The notes beneath the pieces were generated by a model. That model saw only the letters and a list, made by a program, of their open reading frames with translations. It did no database searches and was not told where the DNA came from. A program made the translations under genes and the position numbers. 64,000 nt of DNA from Polyangiales bacterium (GTDB lineage: Bacteria; Myxococcota_A; Polyangia; Polyangiales; Ga0077539), in contig JBGARZ010000011.1 of the NCBI GenBank assembly GCA_044229975.1, positions 160,001 to 224,000 on the forward strand. The letters run 5' to 3'. Shown piece by piece: positions 49,214 to 59,473 of this stretch (its first letter is position 1; every line of letters starts with the position of its first letter).

Positions 49214-52200
49214 TCAGCGACGGCGACGACGGCGGAGCAGCGCGACGGCACCGAAGAGCAGGCCGGGCACGCCGCGCAGGCCGAGCGGGCCGTGGGTTCC
49301 GACGCCGCCCTGCACGGAGCAGAGGCCGCCATCGTCCGCGGGCGGAGGAGTGCCTGCGTCGGCAGGAGTGGTGCCTGCGTCGGACGGGGTGGTGAAGGCG
49401 TCGACCGGGGTGGTGACAGCGTCGACCGGGGTGGTGACGGCGTCGACCAGTGTGGTGACAGCGTCGACCGGGGTGGTGAAGGCGTCGACCGGAGTGGTGA
49501 CAGCGTCGACCGGGGTGGTGAAGGCGTCGACCGGAGTGGTGAAGGCGTCGACCAGGGTGGTGACGGCGTCAGCGACGCCCGCGTCTGTCACCGTCGGTAC
49601 ATCCACAGCCACGACCGGCATATCGACGGGCACTGCCGGAACGTCGACCCCGGCGTCCGTCGGCCCGACCACCACGCCGTCGTCGCGCACGAACAGCCCG
49701 AGCACTACGGTCGTGCCCAGGTCGCGCACGTAGAGGTCGTAGGTCACGAGCGTCGAGCCGTGCGTGTCCGACGCGGTGGAGAAGTTCACCCGCGTGCGCG
49801 GTTGCGCCTCGGTCAGCAGCATCGGGGTCGCGTCGAGGGCGGCGCCCGCCGGGGACACCCGCACCGCGCGCAGCCTGCGGTCGTCGGCGTTGGACCACAC
49901 CGCGACGAAGTTGCTCCCGTTGAACGAGAGCGCGACGTCCGTGGCCGTCGCACCCGTCGATCCGAGCACCAGCGGCGTCGCTGCGACCGGCGCGCCGTCG
50001 AGGCCGAGGCGCGTCGCGCGCACCTGTCGCGAGGCGTCGATCCAGGTCATCAGGTGGGTGCCGCCGCCGAACGACAGCCGCAGCCCGGCGTACACGGCAC
50101 CCAGGGTGCTCAGGCTGCGCGGCGACAGCTCGGTGAAGTCGCCCGAGGCGTCGAGGCGGCGGACGTAGATCCCGGTCGGGCCCGCGGAATACGCCATCAG
50201 GTAACGCGTTCCGTCGAAGTCGCCGCCCAACGTGTACGCGGTCGGCAGCGGGATGCTCGCCGCGTCGAGGCGCGCGCCCGCCGCGTCGAAGCGGAAGATC
50301 GCCGTGGTGGTCGGGACGCTCCCAGACTCGCCCTGGAAGAACAGGATCCGCTGCCCGCTGCCGCGCACCGCCGTCGCCCGCCCGGGGGAGGTCGAGAGCC
50401 TGGTCACCGGGCCCGTGGTGCGCGCGTTCATGTCGAGCGCGAGCTGCGAGATGCCGCTGTTGCCGATGTTGCCGAACACCTGAAGCGTCGACCCTTCGAG
50501 GAGCAACGCGGCGGCGTTGTTGAGCCCGTAGTTGTCCACCGTGCTGGCCACCGCGGGCGCGTCGCGCACCACCCCGGCGGCCGAGATGCGGACGAATCGC
50601 GGGTTGTTGGGGATGACGGGCGGCGGGGTCCACGACGTGGCGAACTCCGTCCCGTCGCAGTCCGTCACCGGCGCGGTCTGCGACTGGTACGCGGACGTCA
50701 GCGCGGCCGGGGACCCCGAGAGGGCGCCGTTGCTCGCGACGCGCTGGGCGTAGCGCCACAGCCGCGTGCTGGGGATGGTCCCCGCCGGGGGAACAGCGTA
50801 ACGCATCACGAAGAAGCCCCCGACGTCGGCGCTCAGCAGCGTGTTGGCCTCGACCGACCCCGCGCTCACCGACGGGATGACGATCGGCGCCGTGTCGAGG
50901 CGGGCGCCGTCGGCGGAGAAGCGCACCAGCGACGCGAGGTCGACCACCACCCACTGCGACCCGTCCCAGAGAGGGAGCGCAGTGGTGGTCGACATCTCGC
51001 TTTCGAGGATTCCGGCCGCCGACGCAATCGGGGCGAGCTCGCGATCGAGCGCGAGGCCGTAGAGGCCCGCGAGCCGCGGCCCCGACGCCTGGGCGCGGAA
51101 CGTCAGGAACAGCCTGCTCCCGTTGGAGGCGAGCGACGGCACGGTCCGCCGGGCGCCGACGGTGGTCACCGGCCGCCCTCCCGGGTCTTGCACCACGCCG
51201 TCCAGCCCGATGCGGGCGACCCGGATGTCCGCGGTCTCCCCCACGGGGATCTCACTCCAGGCCACCACGAAGCGGTCGTCGAGTGCGGTGATCGAGCGAG
51301 CGCCGAACTCGTATCCCGCCGGAGGCGTCGCGACGACCACCGGCGACGCGTCGAGCACGGTGCCCTCCGGCGTGAAGCGAGTGACCACCACCTGGGTGCC
51401 GCGGCGGCTCAACAGCATGCAGCGCGACGCGTTGCAGGCGAGGTCGACCAGGGTGCTGTCGGTCTGCAACGCCATCACGGCGACAGTCGTGTTGCCGCTC
51501 GCGTCGAGGCGGGCGCCCACGACGCGCGTCCCCTCCTGCCAGACCACCCACGCTCCGTTGCCGCTCGCAGCCGTCCAGAAGCTCCCGGTTCGCGCGTCGC
51601 TGCCAGGCACCTCGCGGAACGAGCCCGGCACCTTCGCGTGAGCCGAGTCGAGCCGCTGCACCATCACCGGTCGCGCGATGACGGTGCCGTCGACGTTGGC
51701 CGTGAGCGAGGTGAAGACCAGCGAGCCCGCGGTGGTGCGAACCAGCCGGGTGTCGTTGGGCGCGTTGTACACCTCGCCCGACGCCTCCATCGCAAACGCA
51801 GGCGTGATCATCGGGTCGAGCACTGCCGGGAACGTCGACGCCGCCACCACCGACGCCGGCACGTTCATCGCGACGCGCGCCCCGTCCCACCGCGCGGGCA
51901 CCGCCGTGCGCCGCCCCTCGGCGTCGACCCACGTCGCGTGGCCGTAGCGCAGCAGCTCGCCGGTCGCAGTCCGCAGCCACAGCCCGTCGTCGGCGACGTG
52001 GTCGAGCGATGCGCCCGTGAGCGACACCGTCACCGCGACGCGATCACCCGCAGGCCGCGCGGAGTAGCGCCACGACTGCTCGACCCCCAGCGATGCGCTC
52101 GCCCAGCGCTCCTGCACGCCGTCACCGTGGGTGAGCGTCACGTCACCCGACGCCTCGCGATGGACCTCCGTCACCGGCCCGAGCCCGCCCGTCTCCGCGG

Positions 52201-52408
52201 TCACCGCGAGCGATCGCGTGCCCTCCCAGCGCACCGTCACCCCGGCGCCCGCGGGCATCACCTGCGGCGTCACGGCCCGTGCGAGGCCATCGAGCTCGAA
52301 GGCCTCCGTGCGGACCATCGGCCCGACCGCGTGCGGCGGCGTCTCCCCGGCCGGAACCGCACATCCGACCGCCAAGACGCTCCACCCCCAGACTCTTCGG
52401 GCCTTCAT
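49214..52408 (-). CDS. Large beta-rich surface protein with MYXO-CTERM sorting signal
   Basis: N-terminal signal (AVGC), GVEQSW...LRYG...WVDAEG...FPAVLDP domain, VxATRxxxDG repeats, C-terminal GGLCSV-TM-RRRRR. Confidence 0.88.
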   Translation of the reverse strand: MKARRVWGWSVLAVGCAVPAGETPPHAVGPMVRTEAFELDGLARAVTPQVMPAGAGVTVRWEGTRSLAVTAETGGLGPVTEVHREASGDVTLTHGDGVQERWASASLGVEQSWRYSARPAGDRVAVTVSLTGASLDHVADDGLWLRTATGELLRYGHATWVDAEGRRTAVPARWDGARVAMNVPASVVAASTFPAVLDPMITPAFAMEASGEVYNAPNDTRLVRTTAGSLVFTSLTANVDGTVIARPVMVQRLDSAHAKVPGSFREVPGSDARTGSFWTAASGNGAWVVWQEGTRVVGARLDASGNTTVAVMALQTDSTLVDLACNASRCMLLSRRGTQVVVTRFTPEGTVLDASPVVVATPPAGYEFGARSITALDDRFVVAWSEIPVGETADIRVARIGLDGVVQDPGGRPVTTVGARRTVPSLASNGSRLFLTFRAQASGPRLAGLYGLALDRELAPIASAAGILESEMSTTTALPLWDGSQWVVVDLASLVRFSADGARLDTAPIVIPSVSAGSVEANTLLSADVGGFFVMRYAVPPAGTIPSTRLWRYAQRVASNGALSGSPAALTSAYQSQTAPVTDCDGTEFATSWTPPPVIPNNPRFVRISAAGVVRDAPAVASTVDNYGLNNAAALLLEGSTLQVFGNIGNSGISQLALDMNARTTGPVTRLSTSPGRATAVRGSGQRILFFQGESGSVPTTTAIFRFDAAGARLDAASIPLPTAYTLGGDFDGTRYLMAYSAGPTGIYVRRLDASGDFTELSPRSLSTLGAVYAGLRLSFGGGTHLMTWIDASRQVRATRLGLDGAPVAATPLVLGSTGATATDVALSFNGSNFVAVWSNADDRRLRAVRVSPAGAALDATPMLLTEAQPRTRVNFSTASDTHGSTLVTYDLYVRDLGTTVVLGLFVRDDGVVVGPTDAGVDVPAVPVDMPVVAVDVPTVTDAGVADAVTTLVDAFTTPVDAFTTPVDAVTTPVDAFTTPVDAVTTLVDAVTTPVDAVTTPVDAFTTPSDAGTTPADAGTPPPADDGGLCSVQGGVGTHGPLGLRGVPGLLFGAVALLRRRRRR
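49342..49572 (-). repeat. 21-bp coding tandem repeat (about 11 x VDA(F/V)TTP)
   Basis: Near-identical 21-nt units in the stalk before the MYXO-CTERM. Confidence 0.9.
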
Positions 52409-52560
52409 GAGACTCCTCCAGTTCGCTTCGCGGTCCGCGTCGCGACGGCCTCGTTGCTCCCCTTCTCCTTGATGTTCATCCGGCTCGACCTTCTTCGCAT
52501 TTCGCGATGCGTGCATCGGTCGTCGCGACGGATCGCACCCGCCCCGGCCACTGCTGCGGC

Positions 52561-54015
52561 ATGAGCCCTTCAACCCGTGGTCTTCCCCTCCTCCTTGCTC
52601 TTGCCAGCGCCTGCGCCCAGGAGCCCGACGCGCTCGACGACCGCGCCGTCGACGCCTCAACCCCGGCCGATGTCTCACCGTCGGTCGAAGCCGATGCTGA
52701 CGTCGTCGGTCGTTGCCGACCGGGCCCCGCGCGGCCGACCACCGCGCCCGTCGCGCTGCCGTCGCCGGTGACGCAGACGCTCCCCTCACCGCAGCGCATC
52801 GGTGAGCGACCCGACCTCATCTCGGGCAACGTGATCCGCGTCGACGGAGCGCTCTGGATCTCCTTCGGCTACCGCAACACCGAGTCCGAAGCGATCACGC
52901 TGCGGGGGCATCTGCTCGACGAGGACAACGAAGTCATCGAGCTCCTCCCGACCGACCTCGCGTCCATCCCGCGCTCGCCCGAATACGGTCCGGGCGCCGT
53001 GCAGCTCCTGCTCCCGGCGACGACGCAGCGCGCGCGGACGCAGCACGTCGAGCTGCGCATCGAAGACCGCCGCGGGGTGGGCAGCGCCGTGCTGCGCATG
53101 GACATCAACGAGGCCCAGACGCAGCCCGACGGAGCACCGTGCACGCGCAACGGCATCTTCAACATCTGCCGCGAGGCGAGCGCGTGTTCGCCTTCGGGCC
53201 GCTGCACGCCGCTGACGGCGCCGACGCTCACCAGCGCCGTCGCCTTCGTCGCTTCGTCGCCATCGGGCAGCGCCCTCACCCTCCGCTGGGAAGACCCCAA
53301 CCAGGACGTCGCCGCCATCGAGGTGACGGCCCGCGGACGCCGCGAGGCGCTGGTGATCCCGGTGGCCGACCCGACGCGCGACGGACCGTGGACGCAGCGC
53401 TGGGACAGCGACGTCTTCGAGGGCGCCACGTGGCTCAACGTGCGGGTGCGCGACCAGAGCGGACGCTTCAGCAACACCCTCAACGTTGCTGTCAGCGCGC
53501 CCGCGCCCGTCGCCGCGAACGACCTGTGCGACCCCAACGGGACCGTCTCCCGCTGCGTCGCCGGGACGGTCTGCACCCGCGACAACGGGCTCTCGTGCGC
53601 GGAGACCCGCTGCACCGCCGACGTGGCCGCGTGCCCGAGCGAGGTGAGCACCACGACGCTCGACACCGCGGCGTCGACGGACGGCCCGTGGGTGACGACG
53701 GGGTCCATGACGGGGGTGAGCGAGGTGCGCGCGAGCGCGTGTGATCGGTACGTGGGGCGGGCGCTGATCCACCGCTTCCGCGCTCCGGCGGCGGGCGCGT
53801 ATCACTTCGGGCTCGCGGCGGGCAACGACACCTGGACGACGAGGCTCATCGCGCGCACGCGCTGCGGGATGAGCGACGTGGCCGCGCAGGAGGCGTCGAC
53901 CTCACGGGGCTCGCGCAGCGTCGCCCTCACCACGACGCTGACGGCGGGACAGGAGCTGTTTCTCTTCGTGACGACGGAAGACCGCTTCACGCTCACTGCG
54001 ACCCGCGTGCGCTGA
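52561..54015 (+). CDS. Lipoprotein with Cys-rich and beta-sandwich modules
   Basis: ASAC lipobox; FRAPAAGAYHF PPC-like C-terminus. Confidence 0.8.
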   Translation: MSPSTRGLPLLLALASACAQEPDALDDRAVDASTPADVSPSVEADADVVGRCRPGPARPTTAPVALPSPVTQTLPSPQRIGERPDLISGNVIRVDGALWISFGYRNTESEAITLRGHLLDEDNEVIELLPTDLASIPRSPEYGPGAVQLLLPATTQRARTQHVELRIEDRRGVGSAVLRMDINEAQTQPDGAPCTRNGIFNICREASACSPSGRCTPLTAPTLTSAVAFVASSPSGSALTLRWEDPNQDVAAIEVTARGRREALVIPVADPTRDGPWTQRWDSDVFEGATWLNVRVRDQSGRFSNTLNVAVSAPAPVAANDLCDPNGTVSRCVAGTVCTRDNGLSCAETRCTADVAACPSEVSTTTLDTAASTDGPWVTTGSMTGVSEVRASACDRYVGRALIHRFRAPAAGAYHFGLAAGNDTWTTRLIARTRCGMSDVAAQEASTSRGSRSVALTTTLTAGQELFLFVTTEDRFTLTATRVR

Positions 54016-54064
54016 CGACTCTCCCTTCCCGCGGCCGTCGATGGGCGGGTATCACTCGTCGCTG

Positions 54065-54943
54065 ATGAGCGCGATCACCCTCGACGACTGGCAGCGCACC
54101 GGGGCCCACTTTGCGTGGCGGGGACATCGGATCTTCACGCGCACGCAGCCGCGAGAGGGAGCCCCTGCGCTGCTGCTCATCCACGGGTTTCCGACCGCCT
54201 CGTGGGACTGGGAGGCGGTGTGGTCGGCGCTCTCCGCGCGGTATCACCTGCTCACGCTCGACATGCTGGGCTTCGGCTTCTCGGCGAAGCCCCGCGGGCA
54301 CCGCTACTCCATCCTCGAACAGGCCGACCTCTACGAGGACTTCCTCCGCGCGCAGAACGTCGGTGCGTACCACCTGCTCGCCCACGACTACGGCGACACC
54401 GTCGCGCAGGAGCTGCTCGCCCGACAGCGCGACGCGGGCGATCGACCCTCGCTGAAGAGCCTGTGCTTCCTCAACGGCGGACTCTTCCCCGAGGCGCATC
54501 GCCCGCTGCTGGTGCAACGACTTCTCCTGTCACCGCTCGGTCCGCTCGTCGCGCGTCTCAACGGACCGAAGCGCTTCGGTCGCAGCATGAAGGCGATCTT
54601 CGGCGCGCGGACGCCGCCCGACGCGGAGACGCTCGCGGGGTTCTGGCGCTTGCTCACCGAGGGCGACGGCATCGCGGCGCTGCCGGGGCTCATCCGGTAC
54701 ATCCCCGAGCGGAGAGAGCACCGCGAGCGCTGGGTGGGGGCGATGGTGGGGGCGGGCGTTCCGTTGAAGCTCATCGACGGCGGGGCCGACCCGATTTCCG
54801 GCGCGCACATGGCCGATCGCTATCGGGAGCTGATTCCGTCCGCGGACGTGACGCTGCTGCCAACCGTGGGGCACTACCCGCAGGTGGAGTCGCCTCGCGA
54901 GGTGGTCGCGGCGTACCTGGGGTTTCGCGACGGTCGCACGTAG
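54065..54943 (+). CDS. Alpha/beta hydrolase (epoxide hydrolase/MEST-like)
   Basis: HGFPTASWDW, DMLGFGFS, AHDYGD nucleophile elbow, GHYPQVE. Confidence 0.92.
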   Translation: MSAITLDDWQRTGAHFAWRGHRIFTRTQPREGAPALLLIHGFPTASWDWEAVWSALSARYHLLTLDMLGFGFSAKPRGHRYSILEQADLYEDFLRAQNVGAYHLLAHDYGDTVAQELLARQRDAGDRPSLKSLCFLNGGLFPEAHRPLLVQRLLLSPLGPLVARLNGPKRFGRSMKAIFGARTPPDAETLAGFWRLLTEGDGIAALPGLIRYIPERREHRERWVGAMVGAGVPLKLIDGGADPISGAHMADRYRELIPSADVTLLPTVGHYPQVESPREVVAAYLGFRDGRT

Positions 54944-55032
54944 TACCGCAGAGAACCTGGCCAATTGGAGCGCCACCGCTCACGTCAGCGCAACGCAACG
55001 CGCCTCACCGTCGCGAAGCGACGGGGCGGTGG

Positions 55033-55171
55033 GTGGTCGGAGAAGAGCCGCAAGGGCGCGGGGGTCGCAAGGATCGAACAAGATCGATGGCTCAGGCAGG
55101 CGGGAGGTCCGAGCCCTTCACCGCGTCCGATCCTTGCGACCCCCGCGCCCTTGCGGCTCTTCTCCGACCAC
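55033..55171. repeat. REPIN-like element, CGCAAGG family copy 3
   Basis: Perfect 44-bp IR at 55033-55076 and 55128-55171, directly after the 25-bp REP at 55003-55027. Confidence 0.9.
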
Positions 55172-55234
55172 GCGCTCCAACCCTGCAAGTCCCCCTTGAA
55201 AAGGTGGCAGGTGTTGAGTTCGTTCGAGCTGGGG

Positions 55235-56851
55235 ATGGTGTCTGATAGGGTTCGGCGCGTGCGATGGACGATGGCGATGGCGTGGACGCTCGCGACCCTC
55301 GCGATGGGGTGTGAGCAGGCGCGCACGGAGATCGTGGTGCGCGTCGAGTCCGAGCTCCCCTGGGGCGTCGGCGCGACGGTGCAGTCGCTGGTCGTGAGCG
55401 TGCGACGAAACGGCGGCGATGGCGCGCTGCGCGATCGACGCACCATCGTCCTGGGGTCGGCCGCGGGTCAGCGATCGCTGCCGCTGCGGGTGGGCGTGGT
55501 CGCGGGCGACGACGTCGGGACGCCCATGTGGATCGAAGCGCTCGGCTGCGCCGGACCAGACGGCTGCACGGCGACGCAGGCGGTGGTGTCGCAGCGGGCG
55601 GTGGTGCGCTTCGAGGCGCGCCGCACGCTCGAACTACCCCTGCGGCTGACGGCAGAGTGCGCCGGGGCGACGTGCGCGGGCGACGAGCGTTGTGCGATGG
55701 GCCGACGGTGCGAGCCGGCGACGCGGGCCCAGTCCGACCTGCACCCCTTCGACGGAATCACGGACCCCACGGACCTCGACGCCGGGTCCGCGAGAGACGC
55801 GCCCGATGTGGTGACCCTCGACACGCCCGACGTGAGAGACGCGCCCGATGTGGTGACCCTCGACACGCCCGACGTGATGGACGTGGGAGCGGATGCCAGA
55901 ACAGACGTCGTCGTGGCGATGGACGTCCGCCCCGTGACGGACGTGGGCACCGACACCGGGCGTGACGTGGGCACCGACGTCGGACGCGACGTGGGGTTTC
56001 CGCCCACGGACGACGGGATGGTCTGCCCGAGCGGTCGGGTGCTTTGCGGGAGCACGTGCCGCAACGTGCAGGTCGACCCGAGCCATTGCGGCGGATGCGA
56101 CCGCGCGTGCGCGTCGGGCCAGACCTGCGTGGCGGGTGTCTGTACGACGCCGCCGCCGTGCCCCGTCGGCATGCGGCTCATCTCGATGGGGACCTTCCAC
56201 ATGGGCTCGACGACGATGGCGGACGAGCAGCCCGTCCACAGCGTGAGTCTGAGCGCGTTCTGTCTGGATGAGACCGAGGTCACGGTGGCGGCCTTCGGCG
56301 CCTGCGTGACGGCCGGGATGTGCGAGGCGCCCGGCACGAGCCCCACGTGCAACTGGGCGGTCGCGGGGCGCGAAGAGCACCCCATCAACTGCGTCGCGTG
56401 GGAAGAGGCGCGCGCCTACTGCGCGTGGCGCGACGCGACCCTCCCGACGGAGGCGCAGTGGGAGTACGCGGCGCGGGTCACGAGCACTCGGACGTACCCG
56501 TGGGGCACCGACGCGCCGGGCTCACAGCTCTGCTGGTCCGGCGGCGGAACCACCCGGTCGAACACCTGCCCCGTACGCTCGTTTCCGCTGGGCAACTCGC
56601 CCTTCGGCATCTTCGACATGGCGGGCAACGTCTGGGAGTGGGTCGCCGACTGGTCCGGGCCGTACACCGGGTCGACGGCGATGACCGTCCCCGACCCGAC
56701 GGGCCCCGCGAGCGGGACCGCGCGCGTCATCCGCGGCGGCACCTGGGACAACACGTTCGCCGGTGATGTGCGCGCGGCCAACCGCTTTCTCCTCGCGCCC
56801 CTCCTTCGCGACGTCCACGTGGGCGTGCGCTGCGCCCGCGCGCCGAGGTGA
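55235..56851 (+). CDS. FGE-sulfatase domain lipoprotein with Cys-rich module
   Basis: AMGC lipobox; 42-bp duplication at 55792-55875; DPSHCGGC module; LPTEAQWEYAAR, DMAGNVWEW, RVIRGG, GVRCAR. Confidence 0.9.
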   Translation: MVSDRVRRVRWTMAMAWTLATLAMGCEQARTEIVVRVESELPWGVGATVQSLVVSVRRNGGDGALRDRRTIVLGSAAGQRSLPLRVGVVAGDDVGTPMWIEALGCAGPDGCTATQAVVSQRAVVRFEARRTLELPLRLTAECAGATCAGDERCAMGRRCEPATRAQSDLHPFDGITDPTDLDAGSARDAPDVVTLDTPDVRDAPDVVTLDTPDVMDVGADARTDVVVAMDVRPVTDVGTDTGRDVGTDVGRDVGFPPTDDGMVCPSGRVLCGSTCRNVQVDPSHCGGCDRACASGQTCVAGVCTTPPPCPVGMRLISMGTFHMGSTTMADEQPVHSVSLSAFCLDETEVTVAAFGACVTAGMCEAPGTSPTCNWAVAGREEHPINCVAWEEARAYCAWRDATLPTEAQWEYAARVTSTRTYPWGTDAPGSQLCWSGGGTTRSNTCPVRSFPLGNSPFGIFDMAGNVWEWVADWSGPYTGSTAMTVPDPTGPASGTARVIRGGTWDNTFAGDVRAANRFLLAPLLRDVHVGVRCARAPR

Positions 56852-56904
56852 CGAGCCGCCCAGGCCCTTGACGTGGCCGCCCGTTGGGTTTCCATCGGGC
56901 ACCG

Positions 56905-57231
56905 ATGCTGACCATCCGTGACGCGCAGCTCTACGTGTTCCAGGAGGCGATCAACCGGCGCGCGGTGCTGCCCCTCATGCAAGAGCGTCTCGCGTCGATG
57001 GGGCTACTCCGCGCCGACGACCCCGCGGCCGGCGCGCGGGTGCTCGCCGACATGAACGAGGCGCAGGCCCTCGGCCTCCGCGGCGAGCCCGAGCTCGCGC
57101 AGTACGCCTCGTACGGGCTCACCTTCCCGGGGTGGCAGTCCCGCCCCGAGCTCGCGGCGATCCTGGCGCGTCCCGGCCTCGACCCCGAGCGGCGCCTGGC
57201 GCTCATCCACGAAGCGCTCTCCGCCCTGTAA
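56905..57231 (+). CDS. Small helical protein resembling the C-terminal part of DUF4123-type effector adaptors
   Basis: MLTIRDAQLYVF start, AQALGL...ELAQY, ILARPGLDPERRL pattern. Confidence 0.65.
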   Translation: MLTIRDAQLYVFQEAINRRAVLPLMQERLASMGLLRADDPAAGARVLADMNEAQALGLRGEPELAQYASYGLTFPGWQSRPELAAILARPGLDPERRLALIHEALSAL

Positions 57232-57257
57232 AGCCCACAACGAGGAGTTCTCTCCCC

Positions 57258-59469
57258 ATGCCTGCTTGCCATCAATGCGGCGGCCAGACCAACGCTCCCC
57301 GCAACGGAGCGTGCAGCATCTGCCGGGCTGCCGGACAGGACTTCTGCGCCACCTGCGCGCTCTGGGAGCTGGGCCCGCTGTCGGCCCCGGCCGGGCTGCC
57401 GAGGGGGATGCGCCCAGACCCGGACCAGCTCACCCCCGTGCGGAACTGTCCGCTCAGGCGTGAGCTCCGCGACAAGAACCTCAGGCGCCTCGCCAACGAG
57501 TGCGAGCTGCTCACCTGGCAGCGCACCGAGAACCCCAACCTCTACCCCGGCAAGACCTTCAACGAAGCGCTCAACGACGCCCTCGCCGTCTACGACGAGG
57601 TGTACGGCACGTCGGGCCTCGACCGCCGCATGATGCGCGCCCTCATCACGGTGCACCTCTCGGCGCAGGAGGTCGCCGTGCGCCACCGCGTCCAGCAGGA
57701 CGACCGGATGGAAGCCCTCGAATCGGACATCGAGCGACTGGAGCGTGAACGCAAGGTTGCGACCGACAGCATTCCTCCCCTGGAGATGGCGCTCGCGAAG
57801 GCCATGGAGAGGTCCAACTCGCGCTGGAAGCGGAGGCGCGCGTCCGGGATGCTCGCCGCGCAGCAGTGCGTGGTGGACATCAACCAGGCGAAGCTCGACG
57901 TCGAGCGCCTCACGCAGGACATCGCCAACCGGCGCAACGAGCCGCACATCATCCGGCACGTCCACCGGCACGACGCGCCGCTCGTCGCCGCCAAGCACCT
58001 CGGCGTCTGCTTCTACGACGAGGTCGCCCCGGCCCGGAGGAAGATCGCGCGGAAGGCCCTCACCTCGGAGGTCGTCGAGATGGTGCTGCGGAAGAAGATG
58101 CCCCTCGGCATCGCCCGCATGGCGCTGCGCGAGGAGGGCGGCAGCGCCGCCAACGCGAAGAAGATGCTGGAGATCGGCATCGCGCTCTACCACGCACGCA
58201 CGGCGCACCGACCGTCCGACGGGTTTCAGCAGGGCGGCTTCGACCCGCGCCGCGCGCCCGGGTACATGAACGACGAGCACCGGACCTTCCTCTTCGGCGC
58301 AAACCCCGGAGAGATCCCCCTCCTCACCGACGAGGCGAAGACGCTGCTGGGAACGCTCTACGCCTCCCTCGACGTCGCGGTCGGCAACGGCCCGCGCTTC
58401 GCCGACCCCGAGGTCGCGACGGAGCTGCAAAACGGCCGCATCACCGCCGCGCAGGCGGCCTACCTCCAGTTTCTGCCGCGCATGGACGAGGCCGTCCCTG
58501 GCAACCGCACCGGCTGCGAGACGGAGGTGCGCTCGAAGGTGCTCGACCGCCTGGAGCTGCTGCTCCCCGCCTCACGACACGACGCGACGGTGTGGCTCGA
58601 CGGGGTCATCGCCGACCTGCGGGCCAACTACTACCTGGCGACGTCGAGCCACAACGGGATGATCGCGTCGTACGCCGCGGCCCCGACGACGGCGGCGGTG
58701 GAGTCGGCCGCGGTGCGCGCGAGCGGCGACGTCAACTGGGCCGACGTGCTGCCGTGCAGCGGCATCGGGGGCTCGTTTCGCGGCACCCGCTACGACCTCA
58801 ACTGGCACCGGGCGCAGTCCGACGGCCGCCAGGCGTGCTGGCACTACTTCGACTGGCGCAACGACAAGGACCGCGCGCTCTACGACTTCTTCCCGATGAG
58901 CATCCCCGAGCGACCGATCTTCGTGTCGCTCTCCATGGCCGAAGACCTCCCCGAGGTCGACACCCGCTACGGCATCCACACCGTCGTCTGGAACAACTCC
59001 CTCTTCCGCCGCGCGGCCTTCACCCTCGGCGACAAGGGCAACCCCCGGCGCAGCATGCTGCTCATCCTGCGCGACCTGCTGTACCCGATCCCCCTCAAGG
59101 ACGGCAGCGCCGCCCACACCACCGCCGACCGCGCGCTCACCTTTGGCAACATCCACGAGCGCTGGGAGCGGCGCGCTGCCCGTCAGGTCTTCGGCCAGGC
59201 GGCCTTCACCAACCTGCTCCTCGATCGCAAGACCCGGATGAGCGTCACCGCCAACGTCGAGGCGCACGTCTTCGGCCCGGTCAACATCCACAACCACGCG
59301 CGGTCTCATCCTCCAGGACGGCGACACGCGCGACGCCGTGCTCCGCGCGGTGCCGCTGCCCACCTGGACGCCAGTGCACTACACCGTGATTCCCGCCGAT
59401 CGCGTGACCCGCGACCCGCGGCTGCTCACCGACAACGCCCAGACCCAGACCATCATCAAGGACCTGTGA
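57258..59469 (+). pseudogene. Putative effector (Zn-finger, coiled coil, DUF3626-like C-terminus) with frameshift near 59301
   Basis: AGGAG RBS; CHQC/CSIC/CATC; ERPIFVSL...RYG...RAAFTLGD...VEAHVFG; the natural-looking continuation GLILQDGD...IIKDL* lies in another frame ending at 59469. Confidence 0.6.
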
Positions 59470-59473
59470 CGCC

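Noticed and set aside
16146..52564. Long antisense ORFs (e.g. 16146-18959, 33797-35047 extension, 43007-44386 extension, 49169-52564)
   Set aside because: Stop-poor antisense frames of real high-GC genes, with Arg/Gly-rich translations and no motifs.
20186..56851. DGR targeting the two FGE/CLec-fold genes
   Set aside because: No reverse transcriptase, and no template repeat differing at adenines from either 3' end was found in the window.
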